Below, one piece after another: positions 1-9,611 of a DNA stretch of 64,000 nt. The notes under the pieces were generated by a model. The model searched no databases, was not told the origin of the DNA, and saw nothing but the letters and a program-made list of their open reading frames with translations. The first letter of the stretch is position 1. Each line of letters opens with the position of its first letter. The stretch is from positions 212,775-276,774 of the forward strand of contig CAVVIC010000004.1 in assembly GCA_963748045.1 (NCBI GenBank), given 5' to 3'. Source of the DNA: an uncultured Gammaproteobacteria bacterium. GTDB lineage: Bacteria; Pseudomonadota; Gammaproteobacteria; Steroidobacterales; Rariloculaceae. The translations under genes were made by a program, and so were the position numbers.

Positions 1-168
1 CCGCTCGAGCTCAAGGTCGGCATGGTGTTCGCCGTCGAGACGTATTGCCCGGCGAGCGACGGCATCTCGGCCGCGCGCATCGAGGAAGAGGTGGTGCTCA
101 CGCCCGAAGGCGCGAAGATCATCACGCTGTTCCCGGCCGAGGAGCTGCCGATCGCGAATCCGTACTGA
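1..168 (+). CDS. M24-family metallopeptidase (Xaa-Pro aminopeptidase/creatinase-like), C-terminal fragment; 5' end outside window
   Basis: Frame 1 is open from the window edge: PLELKVGMVFAVETYCPASDGISAARIEEEVVLTPEGAKIITLFPAEELPIANPY, TGA at 166-168. The text resembles the C-terminal end of pita-bread fold peptidases. A hairpin terminator follows. Confidence 0.55.
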   Translation, partial: PLELKVGMVFAVETYCPASDGISAARIEEEVVLTPEGAKIITLFPAEELPIANPY

Positions 169-189
169 AGCCGGCGTACTGAAGCCGGC
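162..189. repeat. 14-bp perfect tandem duplication GTACTGAAGCCGGC x2
   Basis: Copies at 162-175 and 176-189, read directly from the sequence. The first copy contains the TGA stop of the M24 gene. Confidence 0.9.
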
Positions 190-216
190 GATCTCCGCGC
201 CGCGCTCGACACACGG

Positions 217-246
217 CCCGCGGGAGCGCGCTCCCGCGGGCTTTAT
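217..246. terminator. Hairpin terminator between convergent genes
   Basis: Perfect 24-nt palindrome CCCGCGGGAGCG|CGCTCCCGCGGG (217-240) followed by CTTTAT. It lies between the + strand stop at 168 and the - strand stop at 258. Confidence 0.55.
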
Positions 247-257
247 CTCGTGTAGCG

Positions 258-999
258 TTAGCCCATCAGCCAGGTGGCGAAGCTTGCCACGGACCGGAGA
301 ACCCGATCACGAGGCGCAGCGGTTGCGAGGCGATGAAGAACAGCCCGCCCCACAAGTGTCGCTGGATGGATGCGGCCGCGCGTGGAGAGGTCGTAGACGA
401 CCAGCGCGACGACGAACAGGTCGGTGACGCCGAAGAACGCGGGCGGACCGAGCGGCTTGATGACAGGCAGCCGCGCGACCGCCGCGATCACGAGCTCCAT
501 TGTCGCGAGCAACACGAGCCGCTTGTGGAAATCGGTTCGTCGACGCAGCACCAGGGCCGAGCCGAACAACGTCGGGAACACCACGATCGTCGCGAGTGCG
601 ATCGCGAGCAGCATGCCCACTGGGAGTCCGGGCCGGCGGTACCAGCAGCCCCGGCGCGGCACACGAGTGATGGCAACGTAGGCGCCGAGCACCATCATGA
701 GCGCGCCGAGCACGCGCGCCGGCGACACCGAGCTGGCGATGCACGTCGACACGTCCTGCGGAGATCAGCGTGCTTTGCAGGACGAGCAGCACCATCCAGG
801 TCGTGAACGCCGCGCCGTGCACGTGCAACGCGGGCGTCAGCTCGAAGGTCGAGCCCGACACGCTGTGGAAGAAGTAGGTGGGGCCGAATCCGACGATCAC
901 GGTCGCGAGCATCGCGATCGTCATGCCGCCGAAGAACACGCGTTCACGGCGAGCGGCGAGTGTAGGAGACCGATCGAGCGAGCTCGGTGCGGTGGCCAC
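258..999 (-). pseudogene. Polytopic membrane protein of unknown family, one frame shift
   Basis: The upstream part of track ORF 307..1140 (VATAPSS..FFGGMTIAMLATVIVGFGPTYFF..HVHGAAFTTWMVLLVLQSTLISAG) joins the downstream part of ORF 258..752 (VLGALMMVLGAYVAI..LLAIALATIVVFPTLFG..) near 750-790. GTG at 999 is preceded by GGAGG. Confidence 0.5.
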
Positions 1000-1163
1000 G
1001 TGGGTGCCTCCGTTCGTTGTTATTGGGTACGAGCCGTGCGCGGGTAGGGTATCGCAGCGACGGCCGGGCGTCAGCAGCAGCGTGTGTCGCGACATCCGGG
1101 CGCGTCTTTGGTTGACAATCGGCAGTGAACGGCCAAGCATTTCTTTCCTGACTGGAGACCTCG

Positions 1164-2074
1164 ATGCATCACTTCCTCCGCGCCGCCGACGTCAAGCCTA
1201 AGCCGGCGTTCCCCAAGCACTCCGCGGGTTACCGGCGTTTTGCCCTCTCCGACCGCTCGGTCGGCGCCGTCCACACGGGCTGGGGCCTGGCCGAGCTCGA
1301 TGCTGGCGGGCGCGTCGACCTGCACGTGCAGTCGTTCGAGAAGAGCTTCTTCGTCGTCGCGGGCGACCCCGTGCTGATCCTCGAGGGGCGCGGCTACCGA
1401 CTCTCGGCCGGCGCCTGCGGCGTCATACCGGTCGGCATGCAAGCACGCGTGGCTCGGGCCGACGACCGGCACCGCGCGCTGGATCGACATGAACGCGCCG
1501 TGCCCGAAGGGCGAGCACTTCGCCGACGACACGTATTTCATCGGGCCGCCGCCTGCAGTTGCGATCGAAGCCGTTCGACATCCGCGATCCGTCGTCGCGA
1601 CACCTGTTCCGCATGGCCGACGACGACATCAAGGTCGATTCGGTGCGTACGGGGTTGAAGAAGGACGCGGCGAAGGTTTCGGCGAGCATGGCCACCGCGC
1701 TGCTCGTCTACAGCGGCATCTCGCTGAAGATGCTCGTCGACCAGCGTCTCGACGCCGCGCTGCACACGATGTTCATGGTCGAGTACGAGCCGAACGCGAA
1801 CGCGCATCCGCACGACCATCCGCTCGAAGAGGCCTACTACATCATGTTCGGCGAGGTCGAGGCGTGGGCCGACGACCAGAAGTACCTGATGAAGCCCGGC
1901 GACTTCCTGTGGGCCGGCGTCGGCTGCACGCACGCGTTCTACAACCGCAGCAACGGCAACGTCCGCTGGCTCGAGACCCAGTCGCCGCAACCGCCCGCGC
2001 GCAATTCGTACCGCTGGGCGCGCGATTGGGAATACGTGGCCGAGCAACAGCAACAACCAGGAGCCGCCCGATGA
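1164..2074 (+). pseudogene. Bicupin (two cupin domains), two frame shifts
   Basis: Three + frames in succession. Cupin 1 is GWGLAELDAGGRVDLHVQSFEKSFFVVAGDPVLILEGRGYRLSAGACGVIPVG, the linker is WIDMNAPCPKGEHFADDTYFIGPPP, and cupin 2 is HPHDHPLEEAYYIMFGEVEAWADDQKYLMKPGDFLWAGVGCTHAFYN. The stop overlaps the next start (ATGA). Confidence 0.7.
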
Positions 2075-2778
2075 CAATGTCCACCAAGCCCAGCGTTCTC
2101 GTGATCGGCGGCACGGGCGGCATCGGCTTTGCGATCGCGAAGTTTTACGCCGATCGCGGCTCGAAGGTCGTGATCACGGGTCGCGACGCCGAACGCACGG
2201 CGGGCGTCGCCAAGGAGGTCGGCGGCGACACGCGCGGCATCGGCCTCGACGTCGCCGAGCCGGAGCGGGTCGAGAAGGCGCTGGAAACCATTGAGCACAT
2301 CGACTATCTCGCGCTCGTCGCCGTGGAGCGCGACTACAACAGCGCGCGCGAGTACGACATCGCGCGCGCGCGGCGCATCGTGACGATGAAACTGATCGGC
2401 TACACCGAGGTCGCGCACACGCTGTATCCGCGCATGGGTGCGGGCGCGTCGGCCGTGCTGTTCGGCGGCCTCGCGAGCGAGCGGCCGTATCCCGGGTCGA
2501 CCTCGATCACGACCGTGAACGGCGCCGTCAGCAGCCTGATCCGCACGCTGGCCGTGGAGCTCGCGCCCGTGCGGTTCAACGCTATCCATCCGGGCATCAT
2601 TTCCGACAGCCCGGCGTGGCGCGACAAGCTCGACGCGATCAAGAACATCGAGAAGCGGACGCCCGGCGGTCGCCTGGCGACGACGGGCGACGTGGTCCAC
2701 TCGGTCGACTTCCTGTTCACGAATCGCGGCGTGAACGGCATCAATCTCGTGATCGACGGCGGCTGGTTGTTGACCTAA
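2071..2778 (+). CDS. SDR-family oxidoreductase
   Basis: 235 aa, intact. Rossmann motif VLVIGGTGGIGFAIAKFYADRGSKVVITGRD. C-terminal LFTNRGVNGINLVIDGGWLL is typical of short-chain dehydrogenases. Confidence 0.85.
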   Translation: MTMSTKPSVLVIGGTGGIGFAIAKFYADRGSKVVITGRDAERTAGVAKEVGGDTRGIGLDVAEPERVEKALETIEHIDYLALVAVERDYNSAREYDIARARRIVTMKLIGYTEVAHTLYPRMGAGASAVLFGGLASERPYPGSTSITTVNGAVSSLIRTLAVELAPVRFNAIHPGIISDSPAWRDKLDAIKNIEKRTPGGRLATTGDVVHSVDFLFTNRGVNGINLVIDGGWLLT

Positions 2779-2815
2779 ACGGAGGCGGGCGCGCTCAGAT
2801 CGCTCGCCCGCACGA

Positions 2816-3661
2816 ATGAATCGAACCTCGCTGAAGTCGTTGCTGTTCGCGGCTGCTGTCGCGGTTGCGGCAGCGCTGCTGCCGAGTCGCGAGGCCGCCG
2901 CGCAGAAGGCGTTTCGCGAGTATCCGAGTTTCGAGGGCGCGGACGCCGCAGCGCCGATTCCGCCGGACTGGAACATCCCCGCGGAGTTCGTGGTCGGCCG
3001 CCTGATGTATCCGGGTGGGCGCTTCGGCTTCGGCGGCAGCGATTGGACGCACGGCGGCACGAGCTGGACCGACGACTACCCGAAAGGCGACCGCACGTTC
3101 GTCACGATGCTGCGCCGGTTCACGCGCACGCAGGTGCGCGGCGTCGAACAGCCGGTGAATCCCGACGACGTCGGCGACATGTACTACTACCCGTTCATGG
3201 TCGTGGGTCTCGCGCAGGCGTGGCAGCTGACCGACCCTCAGGCGGCGGAAATTGGCGAATACCTGACGCGCGGCGGATTCCTGTTCTGCGACAGCTTCTT
3301 CGGCGAGCGCAACTGGGCCGTGTTCGAGGAAAGTCTGAAGCGCATATTTCCGGACCGGCCGATCATCGACATGAGCGACGACCACCCGATCTTCCACGTC
3401 GTCTTCGACTTGCCGGAGATGACGAAAGTCCAGATTCCGAACGCGAACTCGATCGGCTGGGGCGGTCGTGGCGGCATGCGCGGGACGCCGCGGTGGCGTG
3501 GCGTCGAAGACGCGAACGGCCGGCTGGTGATCCTGATCGCTTACAACAACGACGTCATGGACGGTTGGCAGTGGGCCGACGACCCGCGGTATCCCGGCGA
3601 CAAAGCGAATCTCGCGCTGCGGCTCGGCGTGAATGTCGCGATGTACTCGATGACTCACTGA
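2816..3661 (+). CDS. Secreted DUF4159-domain protein
   Basis: 281 aa, intact, with signal peptide (LLFAAAVAVAAALLPSREAAA). Carries WTDDYPKGDRTFVTMLRRFT, YYYPFMVVGLAQAWQLTDPQAAEIGEYLTRGGFLFCDSFFGERNWAVFEESLKRIFPDRPI and DDHPIFH. Paralog at 47780-48550. The DUF number is recalled, not searched. Confidence 0.75.
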   Translation: MNRTSLKSLLFAAAVAVAAALLPSREAAAQKAFREYPSFEGADAAAPIPPDWNIPAEFVVGRLMYPGGRFGFGGSDWTHGGTSWTDDYPKGDRTFVTMLRRFTRTQVRGVEQPVNPDDVGDMYYYPFMVVGLAQAWQLTDPQAAEIGEYLTRGGFLFCDSFFGERNWAVFEESLKRIFPDRPIIDMSDDHPIFHVVFDLPEMTKVQIPNANSIGWGGRGGMRGTPRWRGVEDANGRLVILIAYNNDVMDGWQWADDPRYPGDKANLALRLGVNVAMYSMTH

Positions 3662-3693
3662 GCGATTCGAAGGCTTTTTTTGGGGAGCTAGCG

Positions 3694-5282
3694 ATGAAGT
3701 GCAGATTCGTGTTGTTCAGTGTGTCGGTCATCGCTTTGCTCGCGGCCTGCGATCAGGCGAAGCAGTCGCCGAGCGCGGCATCGAAACCCGCCGCCGCCGC
3801 GGCATCGGCACAGACGCCGCGTTCGTGCGCCGAGCTTGCCTCGGTAGCTTTGCCGAATACGACGCTCGCGACGGACACTGTCGCGGCTGGCGCGTTCCAG
3901 TTGCCGCAGCCGGCGTTCCCGGGGTTCGGGGCCGACTTCACGAAGCTGCCCGAGTTCTGCCGCGCGACGGGCTCGATCAAGCCGTCCGCGGATTCCGACA
4001 TCCGCTTCGAGATCTGGTTGCCGGCACAGAACTGGAATGGCAAGTTCCTGCAAACGGGTAACGGCGGCGCGGCCGGTTCCATCGTCTACACCTCGCTCGC
4101 GGAGCCGCTCGCGCGCGGCTACGCCGTCGCGAACACGGATACCGGACATCAAGCTGGCGGCGGCGACTTCGCGTGGGCCGCGGATCACCCGGAAAAGCTG
4201 ACCGACTACCAGTACCGCGCCGTGCACGAGCTCACGGTCGTCGGCAAAGCGTGACGGACGCGCGCTACGGCAAAGCAACCCCGCGAAGTCCTATTGGCTC
4301 GGCTGCTCCACCGGCGGGCGCCAGGGCCTGAAGGAAGCGCAGCGGTATCCGGACGACTACGACGCGATCGTCGCCGGCGCGCCCGCGAGCAACTGGTCGG
4401 CGCTGATGTCATCGAGCATCGTGGCGCAGAAGAATCTGACCGGCGCCGGTGCGCTCGGCGTCGACAAGCTCGGACTCCTGAAGGAAGCCGCGATCGCCGC
4501 GTGCGACGCGACCGACGGCGTCGTCGATCGCGTCATCGGCAAGCCTGCCGTATGCAAATTCGATCCCGCCGCGCTGCAGTGCGCGGCCGGCAAGACCACC
4601 ATGTGCCTGAGCCCGACGGAAGTGGCCGCGGCCAAGCGTATATACGCGGGCGTCGTGAACAAGGCGGGCGAACTGCTGTTCCCTGGTACGGGCCCCGGCA
4701 GCGAGCCGCTGTGGGGCGCGTACGCGTCGCCCGGGTTCGCGATCGGCACGAGCTATTTCCGCAACGTCGTGGTGCACGATCAGATGTGGGACCCGGCGAG
4801 TTTCGACGTCGATGTCGACCTCGCGCGCGCCGAAGCGCAGGACGCTGGGGCCGCGAAGGCGATGGATCCCGATCTCTCGGCGTTCGTCGCGCGCGGTGGC
4901 AAATTGTTGACCTACCATGGCACGACCGACGGGCTCATTCCGTACGGCAACTCGATCAACTACTACAACAGCGTCGTCGCGAAGCTCGGCGCGGACAAGG
5001 TCAAGGACAACGTCGCGTTGTACCTCGTGCCGAGCATGGACCACTGCGCGGGCGGCGAAGGCGCGTTCGCGGCCGACTGGCTCGGCGCGCTCGAGAGGCT
5101 GGGATGCGACTGGCAAGCCGCCGACCGCAATCGCGGGCACACATCCGCCGGCTCCGCCCGGTGCGCCGGGCGGCAGTACGAAGCCGTTCACTCGCCCGAT
5201 CTGCCCGTACCCGCAGCTGCCGAAATATAAAGGCAGCGGCGACGAGGCGGATGCCGCGAGCTGGCAGTGCGCCGCGCAGTGA
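3694..5282 (+). pseudogene. Tannase/feruloyl-esterase family lipoprotein, about three frame shifts
   Basis: Lipobox VIALLAAC; WNGKFLQTGNGGAAGS; nucleophile region SYWLGCSTGGRQGLKEAQRYPDDYDAIVAGAPA; LTYHGTTDGLIPYGNSINYY; MDHCAGG; ICPYPQLPKYKGSGD. Frame hand-offs at about 4252, 4290 and 5098. Confidence 0.8.
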
Positions 5283-5318
5283 GGGCGGCGTGCGTGCGCC
5301 CCGTACTTCCGGCGCCGA

Positions 5319-5744
5319 TCAGCCTCTTGCTCGAGCGCTGAGGCGAGCAAGGAACACGCGCAGGTCCGCGGGACCGTGGGTGGCGGCCGTGTGCACGCGA
5401 GCCATGTCGAGCGTGTCGTAGGCATGGGCCACGACATTCCGGAAGCCGGCGGCTCGAGCGAGCCGGTCGGCCAACGCGTCATCGATCACGTCCGCCTGGG
5501 CGAGACGACGAAAGGCGTCGGCGTAGCTCGCCGGAGTCCCGAGACTGAGCGCAAGGCACACCGACATCGCAAGGTCGATCGCGATCTGCGTCGCCTGCCA
5601 TAGGTGCAGGACGACGGCATCGGAGGCGTCGGTGGATGAGATGAGCTCCTCGGGTGAGGTCGGCAGCCGATCGGACACCCGGCGGAGGTGGCGCTCGATC
5701 GTCATGGCGCGCTCGGCCAGCACCTGCCGGTCGAGTGCGCTCAC
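5319..5744 (-). CDS. hepT: HepT-type HEPN (DUF86) toxin
   Basis: 141 aa from GTG 5744 (GTGA overlap with the upstream stop). Carries the RX4HXY-type motif RNVVAHAY. Directly downstream of a minimal nucleotidyltransferase. Confidence 0.8.
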   Translation of the reverse strand: MSALDRQVLAERAMTIERHLRRVSDRLPTSPEELISSTDASDAVVLHLWQATQIAIDLAMSVCLALSLGTPASYADAFRRLAQADVIDDALADRLARAAGFRNVVAHAYDTLDMARVHTAATHGPADLRVFLARLSARARG

Positions 5745-6139
5745 CGCTCCAGCTCCGCCAGCACGTGCTCGTATCCGCGCTCCAATACGGGCTGCGCGTC
5801 GCACCAGAACCGCGCGGCTTCGAGGCGGAAGGCATCCGTGACACCGGGGGCGCGTTCGAATACCAACTGGCCCTCTCGGGCGGCGCGAAACCGCAGCAGC
5901 CCGCCGGCACGCGCGAGATCGACGAGATCCACGCGATCGCTTCCAAGAGTGCTTACCAGGCTCACCTGGAGTCCTGCCGCGTCCAGAGCCGACGAGCCCA
6001 GATAGCCGAAGTCCCAATCGGACAACGGATGCGCATCGCCCCGTGCGCGCGAACCGAATAGCAACAGCGCGTCCAGCCCAGGCAGATCGCGCACGGCGCG
6101 TCGCAGGTCTTCGAGCGATCCTTTTTCAACGGGCGTCAT
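5741..6139 (-). CDS. mntA: MntA-type minimal nucleotidyltransferase antitoxin
   Basis: 132 aa, intact. Carries the GSX10DXD-type motif LLFGSRARGDAHPLSDWDF. Its stop overlaps the hepT start by 4 nt. Confidence 0.8.
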   Translation of the reverse strand: MTPVEKGSLEDLRRAVRDLPGLDALLLFGSRARGDAHPLSDWDFGYLGSSALDAAGLQVSLVSTLGSDRVDLVDLARAGGLLRFRAAREGQLVFERAPGVTDAFRLEAARFWCDAQPVLERGYEHVLAELER

Positions 6140-6182
6140 CGCCCGATGCTACCAGACCTGGGTTTGACGGGGCGGTTCCCTT

Positions 6183-7661
6183 TCAACGGTTGACCGGCGC
6201 GCGGCCCGCCGCCGCGAGCACGTCGCCCCACGGACTGACGCCCCCGTGCACGTGCGCGACGCGCTGCACGTCGAGCTTCAAGCGCTCGACGTTGTCGACG
6301 AGGTTCGTCGTATACGGGCTCGGCTTCGGCAACGGCGCGGCACCTGGACGCGGCGCGAACGCGTCGGCCTGGATCAGCAGCTTCAGCGTCGGCACGTACG
6401 CCATCAGCAACCCTTCGCTGTGCAGGTTGCCGCGCATCAGGTGCAGCTCGAGCGTCATCGTGCCGTCGGTCAGCACGCGCTTGTCCGCCATCGTCTCGAG
6501 CATCGGTCCGTGCGGCGTGCGCGAGAGACGGTCCGGATTCAGCGTGTGCGGATTCCGGAAGATCACGCGCTCGTACCAGCGCTTGTGTGATTCGTGCGTG
6601 ATGATCGGGATGCCCATGGCCGCATACGTCCGCAACCCGCCGGCGTGATCGGAGTGGTGGTGCGTGTTCACGAGGTACTTGATCGGTTTGTTCGGCACGA
6701 GCTGCTTCGCGGCCGCGATCGTCGCGAGCGAGCGCTCCTCGCCGGTCGGCGCCTCGATGATCACGAGGTAGTCCTTGAACTCGACGAGCAGCGCCTGCGG
6801 CGCGCCGAGATTCAGGAACCAGACGCCGTCGCCGATCTTCTCGGTGCGAACCTCGGCGGGCGCGCGGCGGCGGAGCGCCTGCACGCACCGGGGCGTTTTG
6901 GGCGCCGCGAATCTCGAGCGCCGCCGCGCTGTTCGGCTCCGCTTCGGCCACGACGATGTCGAGAACGGGGAAGCCGCCCTGGCTCTGCACGATGTGCCGC
7001 GGCAGTTGCACGCCGCCGACGCTCTGGTAGTCGCTGTACGTCGGCCTCGAGCGGCGTGTCGCCGGTGAAGCCGCCGTCGATGACGGTCGCTACGCGCTCC
7101 ACGAGGTTCCGCTCGTTCAGCGTTCCCGTGACGGTGTACTTGTCGAACGCCGTGAACGACGACGAGCGTCTTGCGGCCGCGTTTCCCCGCGATCTTGGCG
7201 TTGCCGCTTGCGGTGGCGCCCTTGATGAATCCGTGCGGCGTGAGCCAGATGTTCAGCGCGCCGGTTTCGGTGCGGCCGTCTGCATTCTGGTTCTGGATGA
7301 TGTCGCCGGGGATCGGCCGGATGCCGCCCTGGCCCGTGGCCGGCGTGAACGGCCCGGCGCCGCCGCCGCGGGGCGGGTCCTGGTCGTCGATGCGCACGAT
7401 CTCCTGCCGCATCGCGGGCACGGTGTAGTTCACGAGCGCCGTGTATTTCTTGACGGTGAAGCGCGGCCACGCGCCGCCCGTCGTATAGGCCTGCCCCAAC
7501 GAGTTGTTCGAGCCGGTCCCCGTGTAACGCAGCGACTGTAGCGTCGCGGTGCCCATGGCTTTGGCCGCGGCGTCGAGCGCGGCCGTAGCGTCCTGCGCCT
7601 GGCCCGGCCACGGCAGGGCGGCCGCCGCCAGGAGTGCGATTGCCATTTGACGTGCGCTCAT
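6183..7661 (-). pseudogene. Secreted MBL-fold metallo-hydrolase with N-terminal extra domain, about three frame shifts
   Basis: Signal peptide MSARQMAIALLAAAALPWPGQA and the C-terminal MBL fold (LVNTHHHSDHAGG) lie in one open frame. Its middle (about 6870-7160) is Arg-rich nonsense. The sensible text (VERVATVIDGGFTGDTPLEA; LPRHIVQSQGGFPVLDIVVAEAEPNSAAALEI) sits in the other two minus frames. Confidence 0.75.
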
Positions 7662-7843
7662 GTGGCTCCCCCCGTTGCCTGCCGAGCTTTCTCAAGACTA
7701 CGCGGGCGAAGTGGCGGGCGTCGAGAGCCTTTGGCCTCCGGTCCGCTGTTTCGTGGCGGTGGGGGCTAGCGGTATGCTGGTAGCTCGATCGCGCCGCCGG
7801 CTTGCGGAAGCGGCGCCCACATCTAGAGCTCGACGGGGGTCCC

Positions 7844-9181
7844 ATGCTGAATCGATCGCGTTCGATGACCACGGCAGTGTTGGTGTTGACGGCGTTCGCA
7901 CTTTCGCCCGCGTACGCGCAGTCGAAGTGGCAGAACGACGCGCCGGGGCGCGTGCACCGCATCGACGTCGCGAAGCTGCCGGCGCCGTTTGCGACGGAAT
8001 CGGCCAGGCAATTCCCGCGTATCACGCCAAAGCCCGACGCAGCGAGCTTGAAGCTGCCGCCCGGATTCAAGATCGACGTCTTCACGCGCGACATCGAAGG
8101 CCCGCGCGTGATGCGCATCGCTCCGAACGGCGACCTCTTCGTCGCCGAGGAGAAGTCCGGCCGCGTGAAGGTGCTGCACCCGTCGGCCGATGGCGCGAGC
8201 GTCGCGAGTTCGGCGACATTCTTGAGCGGGCTGAAGCAGCCGTTCGGCATTCAGTTCTATCCGGCCGGCCCAGAGCCGCAGTGGGTCTACATCAGCGAAG
8301 TGAATCGCGTGATGCGCTACCCGTACAAGGTCGGCGACACGAAACCGAACGGTGAGCCCGAGGTCGTCGTCGCGCAGCTCGCCGGGACGGCCGGTGGCCA
8401 CTCGACGCGAGATCTCGTGTTCTCGCCGGACGGCAAGAAGATGTTCGTGGCCGTGGGTTCGGCGTCCAACGTCGCCGAGGGCGGACCGAAGAAGTCACCT
8501 GCCGATATCAAGGCGTGGGAAGCCGAGCACGGCCTCGGCGCGGCATGGGGTGATGAAGCGAATCGCGCCGACGTGCTCGTGTTCGACGTCGGCTCGAACA
8601 AACCCGGAAAACCATTCGCGACCGGAATCCGTAACTGCGTCGGGCTCGCGGTCCAGCCCGGCACCGGCGACGTGTGGTGCACGGTCAACGAGCGCGACGC
8701 GCTCGGCGACAACCTCGTGCCCGACTACTCGACGCGTGTGCGCGAGGGCGGCTTCTACGGCTGGCCGTGGTACTACATGGGCGATCACGAGGATCCGCGG
8801 CACGCGGGTGAGCGCCCGGATCTGAAGGGCAAAACAATAACGCCGGATGTGCCGTACGAAGCGCATTCTGCCGCTGTCGGTTTCGCGTTCTATACGGCAA
8901 CGTCCGGTGCGTCCGCGTTCCCGGCCGAGTACGTCGGCGATGCGTTCGCCGTGTTCCACGGGTCGTGGAACCGTGCGGACCGCACGGGCCACAAGGTCGT
9001 GCGCGTGCCGATGAAGAACGGCGTGCCGACCGGGGAGTACGTCGACTTTCTGACGGGCTTCGTCACGGCGGATTCGCAGCCTTGGGGCCGACCCGCGAGC
9101 GTGACCGTGGCCGGCGACGGCGCGTTGCTGCTCAGCGACGACGACGCCAATGTGATCTATCGGATCTCGTACTCGCGCTGA
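7844..9181 (+). CDS. PQQ-dependent sugar dehydrogenase (glucose/sorbosone dehydrogenase beta-propeller family)
   Basis: 445 aa from ATG 7844, intact, with signal peptide. Carries RVMRIAPNGDLFVAEE, GGFYGWPWYY, HSAAVGFAFY and LLLSDDDANVIYRISY, typical of soluble sorbosone/glucose dehydrogenases. Confidence 0.8.
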   Translation: MLNRSRSMTTAVLVLTAFALSPAYAQSKWQNDAPGRVHRIDVAKLPAPFATESARQFPRITPKPDAASLKLPPGFKIDVFTRDIEGPRVMRIAPNGDLFVAEEKSGRVKVLHPSADGASVASSATFLSGLKQPFGIQFYPAGPEPQWVYISEVNRVMRYPYKVGDTKPNGEPEVVVAQLAGTAGGHSTRDLVFSPDGKKMFVAVGSASNVAEGGPKKSPADIKAWEAEHGLGAAWGDEANRADVLVFDVGSNKPGKPFATGIRNCVGLAVQPGTGDVWCTVNERDALGDNLVPDYSTRVREGGFYGWPWYYMGDHEDPRHAGERPDLKGKTITPDVPYEAHSAAVGFAFYTATSGASAFPAEYVGDAFAVFHGSWNRADRTGHKVVRVPMKNGVPTGEYVDFLTGFVTADSQPWGRPASVTVAGDGALLLSDDDANVIYRISYSR

Positions 9182-9203
9182 CGCCGTACGCGAAGGAGGG
9201 ACT

Positions 9204-9611
9204 GTGCGCCGTTCATTGACTACGGTACTACGCGTTCTGCTGGCGGTTGGCGCAAGTGCGCCCGCGTGGGCGCATCACTCGTTCTCCGCCGTCTACGACT
9301 TGAAACAATCCGTGACCGTGAAAGGCACGATCGTGCAAGTTCGTCTCACGAATCCGCATTCGTGGTTCTACATCGATGTGAAGAACGCCGCCGGCGAAGT
9401 CGCGCACTGGGCGTTCGAGGCCGGTACGCCGAGCGGCATGATTCGCAACGGCTACAAGGCCAGCGTGATCAAGCAGGGCGACGAGGTCACGATCACGGGT
9501 TTCCACGCCAAGGATCCCGCGCAGAACATGGGCATGCTGCGTGAGCTCCGTACGGCCGATGGCACCGTGTTCGGATTGTTCGGGCCGCAGGAGGGGCCGA
9601 GCGCGCAATGA
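9204..9611 (+). CDS. DUF6152-family small periplasmic protein
   Basis: 135 aa from GTG 9204, preceded by AAGGAGG. Signal peptide ends AWA, then HHSFSAVYDLKQSVTVKGTIVQVRLTNPHSWFYIDV. Paralog at 50226-50597. The DUF number is recalled, not searched. Confidence 0.7.
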   Translation: MRRSLTTVLRVLLAVGASAPAWAHHSFSAVYDLKQSVTVKGTIVQVRLTNPHSWFYIDVKNAAGEVAHWAFEAGTPSGMIRNGYKASVIKQGDEVTITGFHAKDPAQNMGMLRELRTADGTVFGLFGPQEGPSAQ

